A stretch of DNA of 64,000 nucleotides from Antedon mediterranea (lineage: Eukaryota > Animalia > Echinodermata), in contig NC_092676.1 of NCBI RefSeq assembly GCF_964355755.1, forward strand, positions 12,324,771 to 12,388,770, given 5' to 3'. Positions 1 to 12,800 of this stretch are shown in pieces. Position 1 is the first letter of the stretch. Every line of letters starts with the position of its first letter. The notes beneath the pieces were generated by a model. That model saw only the letters and a program-made list of their open reading frames with translations, had not been told where the DNA came from and ran no database searches. The position numbers and the translations under genes were made by a program.

Positions 1-3000
1 GCATTTAGAGACGTTTTAGACCATTTTGTGCATTTCGAAAAAATTTGTTAACATAAAAAGACCAAAGTGTTTAGAATATCTCCAAATCGCATTTGGAGAC
101 GTTTTAGACCATTTTGTGTTTTTCGAAAAAACTTTTCACACAAAAACATCAAAGTGTACAAAATTGCTTCAAATCGCATTTGGAGACGTTTTAGACCATT
201 TTGTGATTTTCGAAAAACTTTTCACACAAAAACATCAAAGTGTAGAAAATTGCTTCAAATCGCATTTAGAGACGTTTTAGACCATTTTGTGCATTTCGAA
301 AAAATTTGTTAACATAAAAAGACCAAAGTGTTTAGAATATTTCCAAATCGCATTTGGAGACGTTTTAGACCATTTTGTGCATTTCGATGAAACTTGGTTA
401 CACAAAAACATCAAAGTGCTTAAAATCACATTTAAAACCGTTTTAGAGCGTTTTGAGCATTTCGATAAACTTTTCACACAAAAAAATCAAAGTGCACAAA
501 ATAGCATTTAGAGATGTTTTAGACCATTTTGTGCATTTCGATAAAACTTTTCACACAAAAACATCAAATTGCACAAAAAAGCTTAATACCGTGTTTGAAA
601 TCGTTTTAAACCAATTTGAGCATGTCGATAAAACTTTTCACACAAAAACATCAAAGTGCACAGAATATCTTCAAATCGCATTTAGAGACGTTTTAGACCA
701 TTTTGTGCATTTCGAAAAAATTTGTTAACATAAAAAGACCAAAGTGTTTAGAATATCTCCAAATCGCATTTGGAGACGTTTTAAACCATTTTGTGCATTT
801 CGATGGAACTTGGTTACACAAAAACATCAAAGTGCTTAAAATCACATTTGAAACCGTTTTAGAGCATTTTTAGCATTTCGATAATACTTTTCACACAAAA
901 ACATCAAAGTGCACAAAATAGCTTCAAATCGCATTTAGAGATGTTTTAGACCATTTTGTGCATTTCGATAAAACTTTTCACACAAAAACATCAAATTGCA
1001 CAAAATAGCTTAATACCGTGTTTGAAATCATTTTAAACCATTTTGAGCATGTCGATAAAACTTTTCACACAAAAACATCAAAGTTTTTAGAATATCTCCA
1101 AATCGCATTTGGAGACGTTTTAGACCATTTTGTGCATTTCGATGAAACTTGGTTACACAAAAACATCAAAGTGCTTAAAATCACATTTGAAACCGTTTTA
1201 GAGCATTTTGAGCATTTCGATAAAACTTTTCAAACAAAAACATCAAAGTGTACAAAATAGCTTCAAATCACATTTGAAACCGTTTTAGACCATTTTGAGC
1301 ATTTCGATAAAACTTTTCACACAAAAACATCAAAGTGTACAAAATAGCTTCAAATCGCATTTGGAGACGTTTTAGACCATTTTGTGCATTTCGATAAAAC
1401 TTTTCACACAAAAACATCAAATTGCACAAAATAGCTTAATATCGTGTTTAAAACCGTTTTTACCATTTTGAGCATTTCGATAAACTTTTCACACAAAAAC
1501 ATCAAAGTGCTTAAAATCACATTTGAAAGCGTTTTAGAGCATTTTTAGCATTTCGATAATACTTTTCACACAAAAACATCAAAGTGTACAGAATAGCTTC
1601 AAATCGCATTTGGAGACGTTTTAGACCATTTTGTGCATTTCGATGAAACTTGGTTACACAAAAACATCAAAGTGCTTAAAATCACATTTGAAACCGTTTT
1701 AGAGCATTTTTAACATTTCGATAATACTTTTCACACAAAAACATCAAAGTGTACAAAATAGCTTCAAATCGCATTTGGAGACGTTTTAGACCATTTTGTG
1801 CATTTCGATGAAACCTTGTTACACAAAAACATCAAAGTGCTTAAAATCACATTTGAAAGCGTTTTAGAGCATTTTTAGCATTTCGATAATACTTTTCACA
1901 CAAAAACATCAAAGTGCACAAAATAGCTTCAAATCGCATTTAGAGATGTTTTAGACCATTTTGTGCATTTCGATAAAACTTTTCACACAAAAACATCAAA
2001 TTGCACAAAATAGCTTAATACCGTGTTTGAAATCATTTTAAACCATTTTGAGCATGTCGATAAAACTTTTCACACAAAAACATCAAAGTTTTTAGAATAT
2101 TTCCAAATCGCATTTGGAGACGTTTTAGACCATTTTGTGCATTTCGATGAAACTTGGTTACACAAAAACATCAAAGTGCTTAAAATCACATTTGAAACCG
2201 TTTTAGAGCATTTTGAGCATTTCGATAAAACTTTTCAAACAAAAACATCAAAGTGTACAAAATAGCTTCAAATCACATTTGAAACCGTTTTAGACCATTT
2301 TGAGCATTTCGATAAAACTTTTCACACAAAAACATCAAAGTGTACAAAATAGCTTCAAATCGCATTTGGAGACGTTTTAGACCATTTTTTGCATTTCGAT
2401 GAAACTTGGTTACACAAAAACATCAAAGTGCTTAAAATCACATTTGAAACCGTTTTAGAGCATTTTGAGCATTTCGATAAAACTTTTCACACAAAAACAT
2501 CAAAGTGTACAAAATAGCTTCAAATCGCATTTAGAGACGTTTTAGACCATTTTGTGCATTTCGAAAAAATTTGTTAACATAAAAAGACCAAAGTGTTTAG
2601 AATATCTCCAAATCGCATTTGGAGACGTTTTAGACCATTTTGTGCATTTCGATGAAACTTGGTTACACAAAAACATCAAAGTGCTTAAAATCACATTTGA
2701 AACCGTTTTAGAGCATTTTTAGCATTTCGATAATACTTTTCACACAAAAACATCAAAGTGTACAAAATAGCTTCAAATCGCATTTGGAGACGTTTTAGAC
2801 CATTTTGTGCATTTCGATGAAAGTTGGTTACACAAAAACATCAAAGTGCTTAAAATCACATTTGAAACCGTTTTAGACCATTTTGAGCATTTCGATAAAA
2901 CTTTTCACACAAAAAAATCAAAGTGCACAAAATAGCTTCAAATCGCATTTGGAGACGTTTTAGACTATTTTGTGCATTTTGAAAAAATTTGTTAACATAA

Positions 3001-3209
3001 AAAGACCAAAGTGTTTAGAATATCTCCAAATCGCATTTGGAGACGTTTTAAACCATTTTGTGCATTTCGATGGAACTTGGTTACACAAAAACATCAAAGT
3101 GCTTAAAATCACATTTAAAACCGTTTTAGAGCATTTTGAGCATTTCGATAAAACTTTTCACACAAAAACATCAAAGTGCACAAAATAGCTTCAAATCACA
3201 TTTGAAACC

Positions 3210-4490
3210 GTTTTAGAGCATTTTTAGCATTTCGATAAAACTTTTCACACAAAAACATCAAAGTGTACAAAATAGCTTCAAATCGCATTTAGAGAGGTTT
3301 TAGACAATTTTGTGCATTTCGATAAAACTTTTCACACAAAAACATCAAAGTGTACAAAATAGCTTCAAATTGCATTTAGAGACGTTTTAGACCATTTTGT
3401 GCATTTCGATAAAACTTTTCACACAAAAACATCAAATTGCACAAAATCGTTTTAAACCATTTTAAATCGTTTTAAACCATTTTGAGCATGTCGATAAAAC
3501 TTTTCACAAAAAACATCAAAGTGCACAGAATAGCTTCAAATTGCATTTGGAGACGTTTTAGAGCATTTTGTGCATTTCGATAAAATGTGTTAACATAAAA
3601 AGACCAAAGTGTTTAGAATATCTTCAAATCACATTTGGAGACGTTTTAGACCATTTTTTGCATTTCGATGAAACTTGGTTACACAAAAACATCAAAGTGC
3701 TTAAAATCACATTTGAAACCGTTTTAGAGCATTTTGAGCATTTCGATAAAACTTTTCACACAAAAACATCAAAGTGTACAAAATAGCTTCAAATCGCATT
3801 TAGAGACGTTTTAGACCATTTTTTGCATTTCGATGAAACTTGGTTACACAAAAACATCAAAGTGCTTAAAATCACATTTAAAACCGTTTTAGAGCATTTT
3901 TAGCATTTCGATAAAACTTTTCACACAAAAACATCAAAGTGTACAAAATAGCTTCAAATCGCATTTAGAGAGGTTTTAGACAATTTTGTGCATTTCGATA
4001 AAACTTTTCACACAAAAACATCAAAGTGTACAAAATAGCTTCAAATTGCATTTAGAGACGTTTTAGACCATTTTGTGCATTTCGATAAAACTTTTCACAC
4101 AAAAACATCAAATTGCACAAAATCGTTTTAAACCATTTTAAATCGTTTTAAACCATTTTGAGCATTTCGATAAAACTTTTCACAAAAAACATCAAAGTGC
4201 ACAGAATAGCTTCAAATTGCATTTGGAGACGTTTTAGAGCATTTTGTGCATTTCGATAAAATGTGTTAACATAAAAAGACCAAAGTGTTTAGAATATCTT
4301 CAAATCACATTTGGAGACGTTTTAGACCATTTTTTGCATTTCGATGAAACTTGGTTACACAAAAACATCAAAGTGCTTAAAATCACATTTGAAACCGTTT
4401 TAGAGCATTTTGAGCATTTCGATAAAACTTTTCACACAAAAACATCAAAGTGTACAAAATAGCTTCAAATCGCATTTAGAGACGTTTTAG
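3210..4490 (+). repeat. Local tandem higher-order duplication, period 676 bp (approximate bounds)
   Basis: ORFs 3568->4244. The diagnostic (aaatcgttttaaaccatttt)2 variant lies at 3444 and 4120. Related copies are near 33000-34200, 42340-43620 and 59580-60560. Confidence 0.85.
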
Positions 4491-7009
4491 ACCATTTTGT
4501 GCATTTCGAAAAAATTTGTTAACATAAAAAGACCAAAGTGTTTAGAATATCTCCAAATCGCATTTGGAGACGTTTTAGACCATTTTGTGCATTTCGATGA
4601 AACTTGGTTACACAAAAACATCAAAGTGCTTAAAATCACATTTGAAACCGTTTTAGAACATTTTTAGCATTTCGATAATACTTTTCACACAAAAACATCA
4701 AAGTGTACAAAATAGCTTCAAATCGCATTTGGAGACGTTTTAGACCATTTTGTGCATTTCGATGAAAGTTGGTTACACAAAAACATCAAAGTGCTTAAAA
4801 TCACATTTGAAACCGTTTTAGACCATTTTGAGCATTTCGATAAAACTTTTCACACAAAAAAATCAAAGTGCACAAAATAGCTTCAAATCGCATTTGGAGA
4901 CGTTTTAGACTATTTTGTGCATTTTGAAAAAATTTGTTAACATAAAAAGACCAAAGTGTTTAGAATATCTCCAAATCGCATTTGGAGACGTTTTAAACCA
5001 TTTTGTGCATTTCGATGGAACTTGGTTACACAAAAACATCAAAGTGCTTAAAATCACATTTAAAACCGTTTTAGAGCATTTTGAGCATTTCGATAAAACT
5101 TTTCACACAAAAACATCAAAGTGTACAAAATAGCTTCAAATCGCATTTAGAGACATTTTAGACCATTTTGTGCATTTCGATAAAACTTTTCACACAAAAA
5201 CATCAAATTGCACAAATAGCTTAATACCGTGTTTGAAATCGTTTTAAACCATTTTGAGCATGTCGATAAAACTTTTCACAAAAAAACATCAAAGTGCACA
5301 GAATAGCTTCAAATCGCATTTGGAGACGTTTTAAACCATTTTGTGCATTTCGATAAAACTTTTCACATAAAAACAACAAAGTGTACAAAATAGCTTCAAA
5401 TCGCATTTGGAGACGTTTTAGACCATTTTGTGCATTTCGATGAAACTTGGTTACACAAAAACATCAAAGTGCTTAAAATCACATTTGAAACCGTTTTAGA
5501 GCATTTTGAGCATTTCGATAAAACTTTTCACACAAAAACATCAAAGTGTACAAAATAGCTTCAAATCACATTTGAAACCGTTTTAGACCATATTGAGCAT
5601 TTCGATAAAACTTTTCACACAAAAACATCAAAGTGTACAAAATAGCTTCAAATCGCATTTGGAGACGTTTTAGACCATTTTGTGTATTTCGATGAAACTT
5701 GGTTACACAAAAACATCAAAGTGCTTAAAATCACATTTGAAAGCGTTTTAGAGCATTTTTAGCATTTCGATAATACTTTTCACACAAAAACATCAAAGTG
5801 TACAAAATAGCTTCAAATCGCATTTGGAGACGTTTTAGACCATTTTGTGCATTTCGATGAAACTTGGTTACACAAAAACATCAAAGTGCTTAAAATCACA
5901 TTTAAAACAGTTTTAGAGCATTTTGAGCATTTCGATAAAACTTTTCACACAAAAACATCAAAGTGTACAAAATAGCTTCAAATCGCATTTAAAGAGGTTT
6001 TAGACCATTTTGTGCATTTCGATAAAACTTTTCACACAAAAACATCAAAGTGTACAAAATAGCTTCAAATCGCATTTAGAGACGTTTTAGACCATCTTGT
6101 GCATTTCGATAAAACTTTTCACACAAAAACATCAAATTGCACAAAATAGCTTAATATCGTGTTTGAAAACGTTTTAAACCATTTTGAGCATGTCGATAAA
6201 ACTTTTCACACAAAAATATCAAAGTGCACAGAATATCTTCAAATCGCATTTAGAGACGTTTTAGACCATTTTGTGCATTTCGAAAAAATTTGTTAACATA
6301 AAAAGACCAAAGTGTTTAGAATATCTCCAAATCGCATTTGGAGACGTTTTAGACCATTTTGTGCATTTCAATGAAACTTGGTTACACAAAAACATCAAAG
6401 TGCTTAAAATCACATTTAAAACCGTTTTAGAGCGTTTTGAGCATTTCGATAAACTTTTCACACAAAAACATCAAAGTGCACAAAATAGCTTCAAATCGCA
6501 TTTAGAGATGTTTTAGACCATTTTGTGCATTTCGATAAAACTTTTCACACAAAAACATCAAATTGCACAAAAAAGCTTAATACCGTGTTTGAAATCGTTT
6601 TAAACCAATTTGAGCATGTCGAAAAAACTTTTCACACAAAAACATCAAAGTGCACAGAATATCTTCAAATCGCATTTAGAGACGTTTTAGACCATTTTGT
6701 GCATTTCGAAAAAATTTGTTAACATAAAAAGACCAAAGTGTTTAGAATATCTCCAAATCGCATTTGGAGACGTTTTAGACCATTTTGTGCATTTCGATGA
6801 AACTTGGTTACACAAAAACATCAAAGTGCTTAAAATCACATTTGAAACCGTTTTAGAGCATTTTGAGCATTTCGATAAAACTTTTCACACAAAAACATCA
6901 AAGTGTACAAAATAGCTTCAAATCACATTTGAAACCGTTTTAGACCATTTTGAGCATTTCGATAAAACTTTTCACACAAAAATATCAAAGTGTACAAAAT
7001 AGCTTCAAA

Positions 7010-9810
7010 TCGCATTTGGAGACGTTTTAGACCATTTTGTGCATTTCGATGAAACTTGGTTACACAAAAACATCAAAGTGCTTAAAATCACATTTGAAAC
7101 CGTTTTAGAGCATTTTTAGCATTTCGATAATACTTTTCACACAAAAACATCAAAGTGTACAAAATAGCTTCAAATCGCATTTGGAGACGTTTTAGACCAT
7201 TTTGTGCATTTCGATGAAACTTGGTTACACAAAAACATCAAAGTGCTTAAAATCACATTTGAAATCGTTTTAGACCATTTTGAGCATTTCGATAAAACTT
7301 TTCACACAAAAAAATCAAAGTGCACAAAATAGCTTCAAATCGCATTTGGAGACGTTTTAGACTATTTTGTGCATTTCGAAAAAATTTGTTAACATAAAAA
7401 GACCAAAGTGTTTAGAATATCTCCAAATCGCATTTGGAGACGTTTTAAATCATTTTGTGCATTTCGATGGAACTTGGTTACACAAAAACATCAAAGTGCT
7501 TAAAATCACATTTAAAACCGTTTTAGAGCATTTTGAGCATTTCGATAAAACTTTTCACACAAAAACATCAAAGTGTACAAAATAGCTTCAAATCGCATTT
7601 AGAGAGGTTTTAGACCATTTTGTGCATTTCGATAAAACTTTACACACAAAAACATCAAAGTGTACAAAATAGCTTCAAATCGCATTTAGAGACGTTTTAG
7701 ACCATTTTGTGCATTTCGATAAAACTTTTCACACAAAAACATCAAATTGCACAAAATAGCTTAATATCGTGTTTGAAAACGTTTTAAACCATTTTGAGCA
7801 TGTCGATAAAACTTTTCACACAAAAATATCAAAGTGCACAGAATATCTTCAAATCGCATTTAGAGACGTTTTAGACCATTTTGTGCATTTCGAAAAAATT
7901 TGTTAACATAAAAAGACCAAAGTGTTTAGAATATCTCCAAATCGCATTTGGAGACGTTTTAGACCATTTTGTGCATTTCGATGAAACTTGGTTACATAAA
8001 AACATCAAAGTGCTTAAAATCACATTTAAAACCGTTTTAGAGCGTTTTGAGCATTTCGATAAACTTTTCACACAAAAACATCAAAGTGCACAAAATAGCT
8101 TCAAATCGCATTTAGAGATGTTTTAGACCATTTTGTGCATTTCGAAAAAACTTTTCACACAAAAACATCAAATTGCACACAATAGCTTAATACCGTGTTT
8201 GAAATCGTTTTAAACCATTTTGAGCATGTCGATAAAACTTTTCACACAAAAACATCAAAGTGCACAGAATATCTTCAAATCGCATATAGAGACGTTTTAG
8301 ACCATTTTGTGCATTTCGAAAAAATTTGTTAACATTAAAAGACCAATGTGTTTAGAATATCTCCAAATCGCATTTGGAGACGTTTTAGACCATTTTGTGC
8401 ATTTCGATGAAACTTGGTTACACAAAAACATCAAAGTGCTTAAAATCACATTTGAATCCGTTTTAGAGCATTTTTAGCATTTCGATAATACTTTTCACAC
8501 AAAAACATCAAAGTGTACAAAATAGCTTCAAATCGCATTTGGAGACGTTTTAGACCATTTTGTGCATTTCGATGAAACTTGGTTACACAAAAACATCAAA
8601 GTGCTTAAAATCACATTTGAAATCGTTTTAGACCATTTTGAGCATTTCGATAAAACTTTTCACACAAAAAAATCAAAGTGCACAAAATAGCTTCAAATCG
8701 CATTTGGAGACGTTTTAGACTATTTTGTGCATTTCGAAAAAATTTGTTAACATAAAAAGACCAAAGTGTTTAGAATATCTCCAAATCGCATTTGGAGACG
8801 TTTTAAATCATTTTGTGCATTTCGATGGAACTTGGTTACACAAAAACATCAAAGTGCTTAAAATCACATTTAAAACCGTTTTAGAGCATTTTGAGCATTT
8901 CGATAAAACTTTTCACACAAAAACATCAAAGTGTACAAAATAGCTTCAAATCGCATTTAGAGAGGTTTTAGACCATTTTGTGCATTTCGATAAAACTTTA
9001 CACACAAAAACATCAAAGTGTACAAAATAGCTTCAAATCGCATTTAGAGACGTTTTAGACCATTTTGTGCATTTCGATAAAACTTTTCACACAAAAACAT
9101 CAAATTGCACAAAATAGCTTAATATCGTGTTTGAAAACGTTTTAAACCATTTTGAGCATGTCGATAAAACTTTTCACACAAAAATATCAAAGTGCACAGA
9201 ATATCTTCAAATCGCATTTAGAGACGTTTTAGACCATTTTGTGCATTTCGAAAAAATTTGTTAACATAAAAAGACCAAAGTGTTTAGAATATCTCCAAAT
9301 CGCATTTGGAGACGTTTTAGACCATTTTGTGCATTTCGATGAAACTTGGTTACATAAAAACATCAAAGTGCTTAAAATCACATTTAAAACCGTTTTAGAG
9401 CGTTTTGAGCATTTCGATAAACTTTTCACACAAAAACATCAAAGTGCACAAAATAGCTTCAAATCGCATTTAGAGATGTTTTAGACCATTTTGTGCATTT
9501 CGAAAAAACTTTTCACACAAAAACATCAAATTGCACACAATAGCTTAATACCGTGTTTGAAATCGTTTTAAACCATTTTGAGCATGTCGATAAAACTTTT
9601 CACACAAAAACATCAAAGTGCACAGAATATCTTCAAATCGCATATAGAGACGTTTTAGACCATTTTGTGCATTTCGAAAAAATTTGTTAACATTAAAAGA
9701 CCAATGTGTTTAGAATATCTCCAAATCGCATTTGGAGACGTTTTAGACCATTTTGTGCATTTCGATGAAACTTGGTTACACAAAAACATCAAAGTGCTTA
9801 AAATCACATT
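7010..9810 (+). repeat. Local tandem higher-order duplication, period 1358 bp (approximate bounds)
   Basis: ORFs 7367->8725 and 7881->9239. Shared rare variants are ttttaaatcat, actttacac, ttgcacacaat, gcatataga and accaatgtg. The block recurs at +39129. Confidence 0.88.
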
Positions 9811-12800
9811 TGAAACCGTTTTAGAGCATTTTGAGCATTTCGATAAAACTTTTCAAACAAAAACATCAAAGTGTACAAAATAGCTTCAAATCACATTTGA
9901 AACCGTTTTAGACCATTTTGAGCATTTCGATAAAACTTTTCACACAAAAACATCAAAGTGTACAAAATGGCTTCAAATCGCATTTGGAGACGTTTTAGAG
10001 CATTTTGAGCATTTCGATCAAACTTTTCACACAAAAACATCAAAGTGTACAAAATAACTTCAAATCGCATTTAGAGACGTTTTAGACCATTTTGTGCATT
10101 TTGGTAAAACTTTTCACACAAAAACATCAAATTGCACAAAATAGCTTAATATCGTGTTTGAAAACGTTTTAAACCATTTTGAGCATGTCGATAAAACTTT
10201 TCACATAAAAATATCAAAGTGCACAGAATAGCTTCAAATCGCATTTGGAGACGTTTTAGACCATTTTGTGCATTTTGGTAAAACTTTTCACACAAAAACA
10301 TCAAATTGCACAAAATAGCTTAATATCGTGTTTGAAAACGTTTTAAACCATTTTGAGCATGTCGATAAAACTTTTCACTCAAAAATATCAAAGTGCACAG
10401 AAAATCTTCAAATCGCATTTAGAGACGTTTTAGACCATTTTGTGCATTTTGAAAAAATTTGTTAACATAAAAAGACCAAAGTGTTTAGAATATCTCCAAA
10501 TCGCATTTGGAGACGTTTTAGACCATTTTGTGTTTTTCGAAAAAACTTTTCACACAAAAACATCAAAGTGTACAAAATTGCTTCAAATCGCATTTGGAGA
10601 CGTTTTAGACCATTTTGTGCATTTTGGTAAAACTTTTCACACAAAAACATCAAAATTCACAAAATAGCTTAATATCGTGTTTGAAAACGTTTTAAACCAT
10701 TTTGAGCATGTCGATAAAACTTTTCACTCAAAAATATCAAAGTGCACAGAATATCTTCAAATCGCATTTAGAGACGTTTTAGACCATTTTGTGCATTTCG
10801 AAAAAAATTGTTAACATAAAAAGACCAAAGTGTTTAGAATATCTCCAAATCGCATTTGGAGACGTTTTAGACCATTTTGCGCATTTCGATGAAACTTGGT
10901 TACACAAAAACATCAAAGTGCTTAAAATCACATTTAAAACCGTTTTATAGCGTTTTGAGCATTTCGATAAACTTTTCAAACAAAAACATCAAAGTGTACA
11001 AAATAGCTTCAAATCGTATTTGGAGACGTTTTAGACCATTTTGTGCGTTTCGATGAATCTTGGTTACACAAAAACATCAAAGTGCTTAAAATCACATTTA
11101 AAACCGTTTTAGTGCATTTTGAGCATTTCGATAAAACTTTTCACACAAAAACATCAAAGTGCACAAAATAGCTTCAAATCGCATTTAGAGATGTTTTAGA
11201 CCATTTTGTGCGTTTCGATAAAACTTTTCACACAAAAACATCAAATTGCACAAAATAGCTTAATATCGTGTTTGAAAACGTTTTAGACCATTTTGAGCAT
11301 GTCGATAAAACTTTTCACACAAAAACATAAAAGTGCACAAAATAGCTTCAAATCGCATTTAGAGATGTTTTAGACCATTTTGTGCGTTTCGATAAAACTT
11401 TTCACACAAAAACATCAAATTGCACAAAATAGCTTAATATCGTGTTTGAAAACGTTTTAGACCATTTTGAGCATGTCGATAAAACTTTTCACACAAAAAC
11501 ATAAAAGTGCACAGAATAGCTTCAAATCGCATTTGGAGACGTTTTAGACCATTTTGTGCATTTCGAAAAAAACTTTTTAACATAAAAACACCAAAGTGCT
11601 TAGAATAGCTTCAAATCGCATTTGGAGACGTTTTAGACCATTTTGTGCATTTCGATGAAACTTGGTTACACAAAAACATCAAAGTGCTTAAAATCACATT
11701 TGAAACCGTTATAGAGCATTTTTAGCATTTCGATAAAACTTTTCACACAAAAACATCAAAGTGTACAAAATAGCTTCAAATCACATTTGAAACCGTTTTA
11801 GACCATTTTGAGCATTTCGATAAAACTTTTCACACAAAAACATCAAATTGCACAAAATAGCTTAATATTGTGTTTGAAAACGTTTTAAACCATTTTGAGC
11901 ATGTCGATAAAACTTTTCACACAAAAATATCAAAGTGCCCAGAATATCTTCAAATCGCATTTAGAGACGTTTTAGACCATTTTGTGCATTTCGAAAAAAT
12001 TTGTTAACATAAAAAGACCAAAGTGTTTAGATTATCTCCAAATCGCATTTGGAGACGTTTTAGACCATTTTGTGTTTTTCGAAAAAACTTTTCACACAAA
12101 AACATCAAAGTGTACAAAATTGCTTCAAATCGCATTTAGAGAGGTTTTAGACCATTTTGTGCATTTCGATAAAACTTTTCACACAAAAACATCAAAGTGC
12201 ACAGAATATCTTAATACCGTGTCTGAAATCGTTTTAAACCATTTTGAGCATGTCGATAAAACTTTTCACACAAAAACATCAAAGTGCACAGAATATCTTC
12301 AAATCGCATTTAGAGACGTTTTAGACCATTTTGTGCATTTCGAAAAAATTTGTTAACATAAAAAGACCAAAGTGTTTAGAATATCTCCAAATCGCATTTG
12401 GAGACGTTTTAGACCATTTTGTGCATTTCGATGAAACTTGGTTACACAAAAACATCAAAGTGCTTAAAATCACATTTGAAACCGTTTTAGAGCATTTTGA
12501 GCATTTCGATAAAACTTTTCACACAAAAACATCAAAGTGTACAAAATAGCTTCAAATCACATTTGAAACCGTTTTAGACCATTTTGAGCATTTCGATAAA
12601 ACTTTTCACACAAAAACATCAAAGTGTACAGAATAGCTTCAAATCGCATTTGGAGACGTTTTAGACCATTTTGTGCATTTCGATGAAACTTGGTTACACA
12701 AAAACATCAAAGTGCTTAAAATCACATTTGAAACCGTTTTAGAGCATTTTTAACATTTCGATAATACTTTTCACACAAAAAAATCAAACTGCACAAAATA

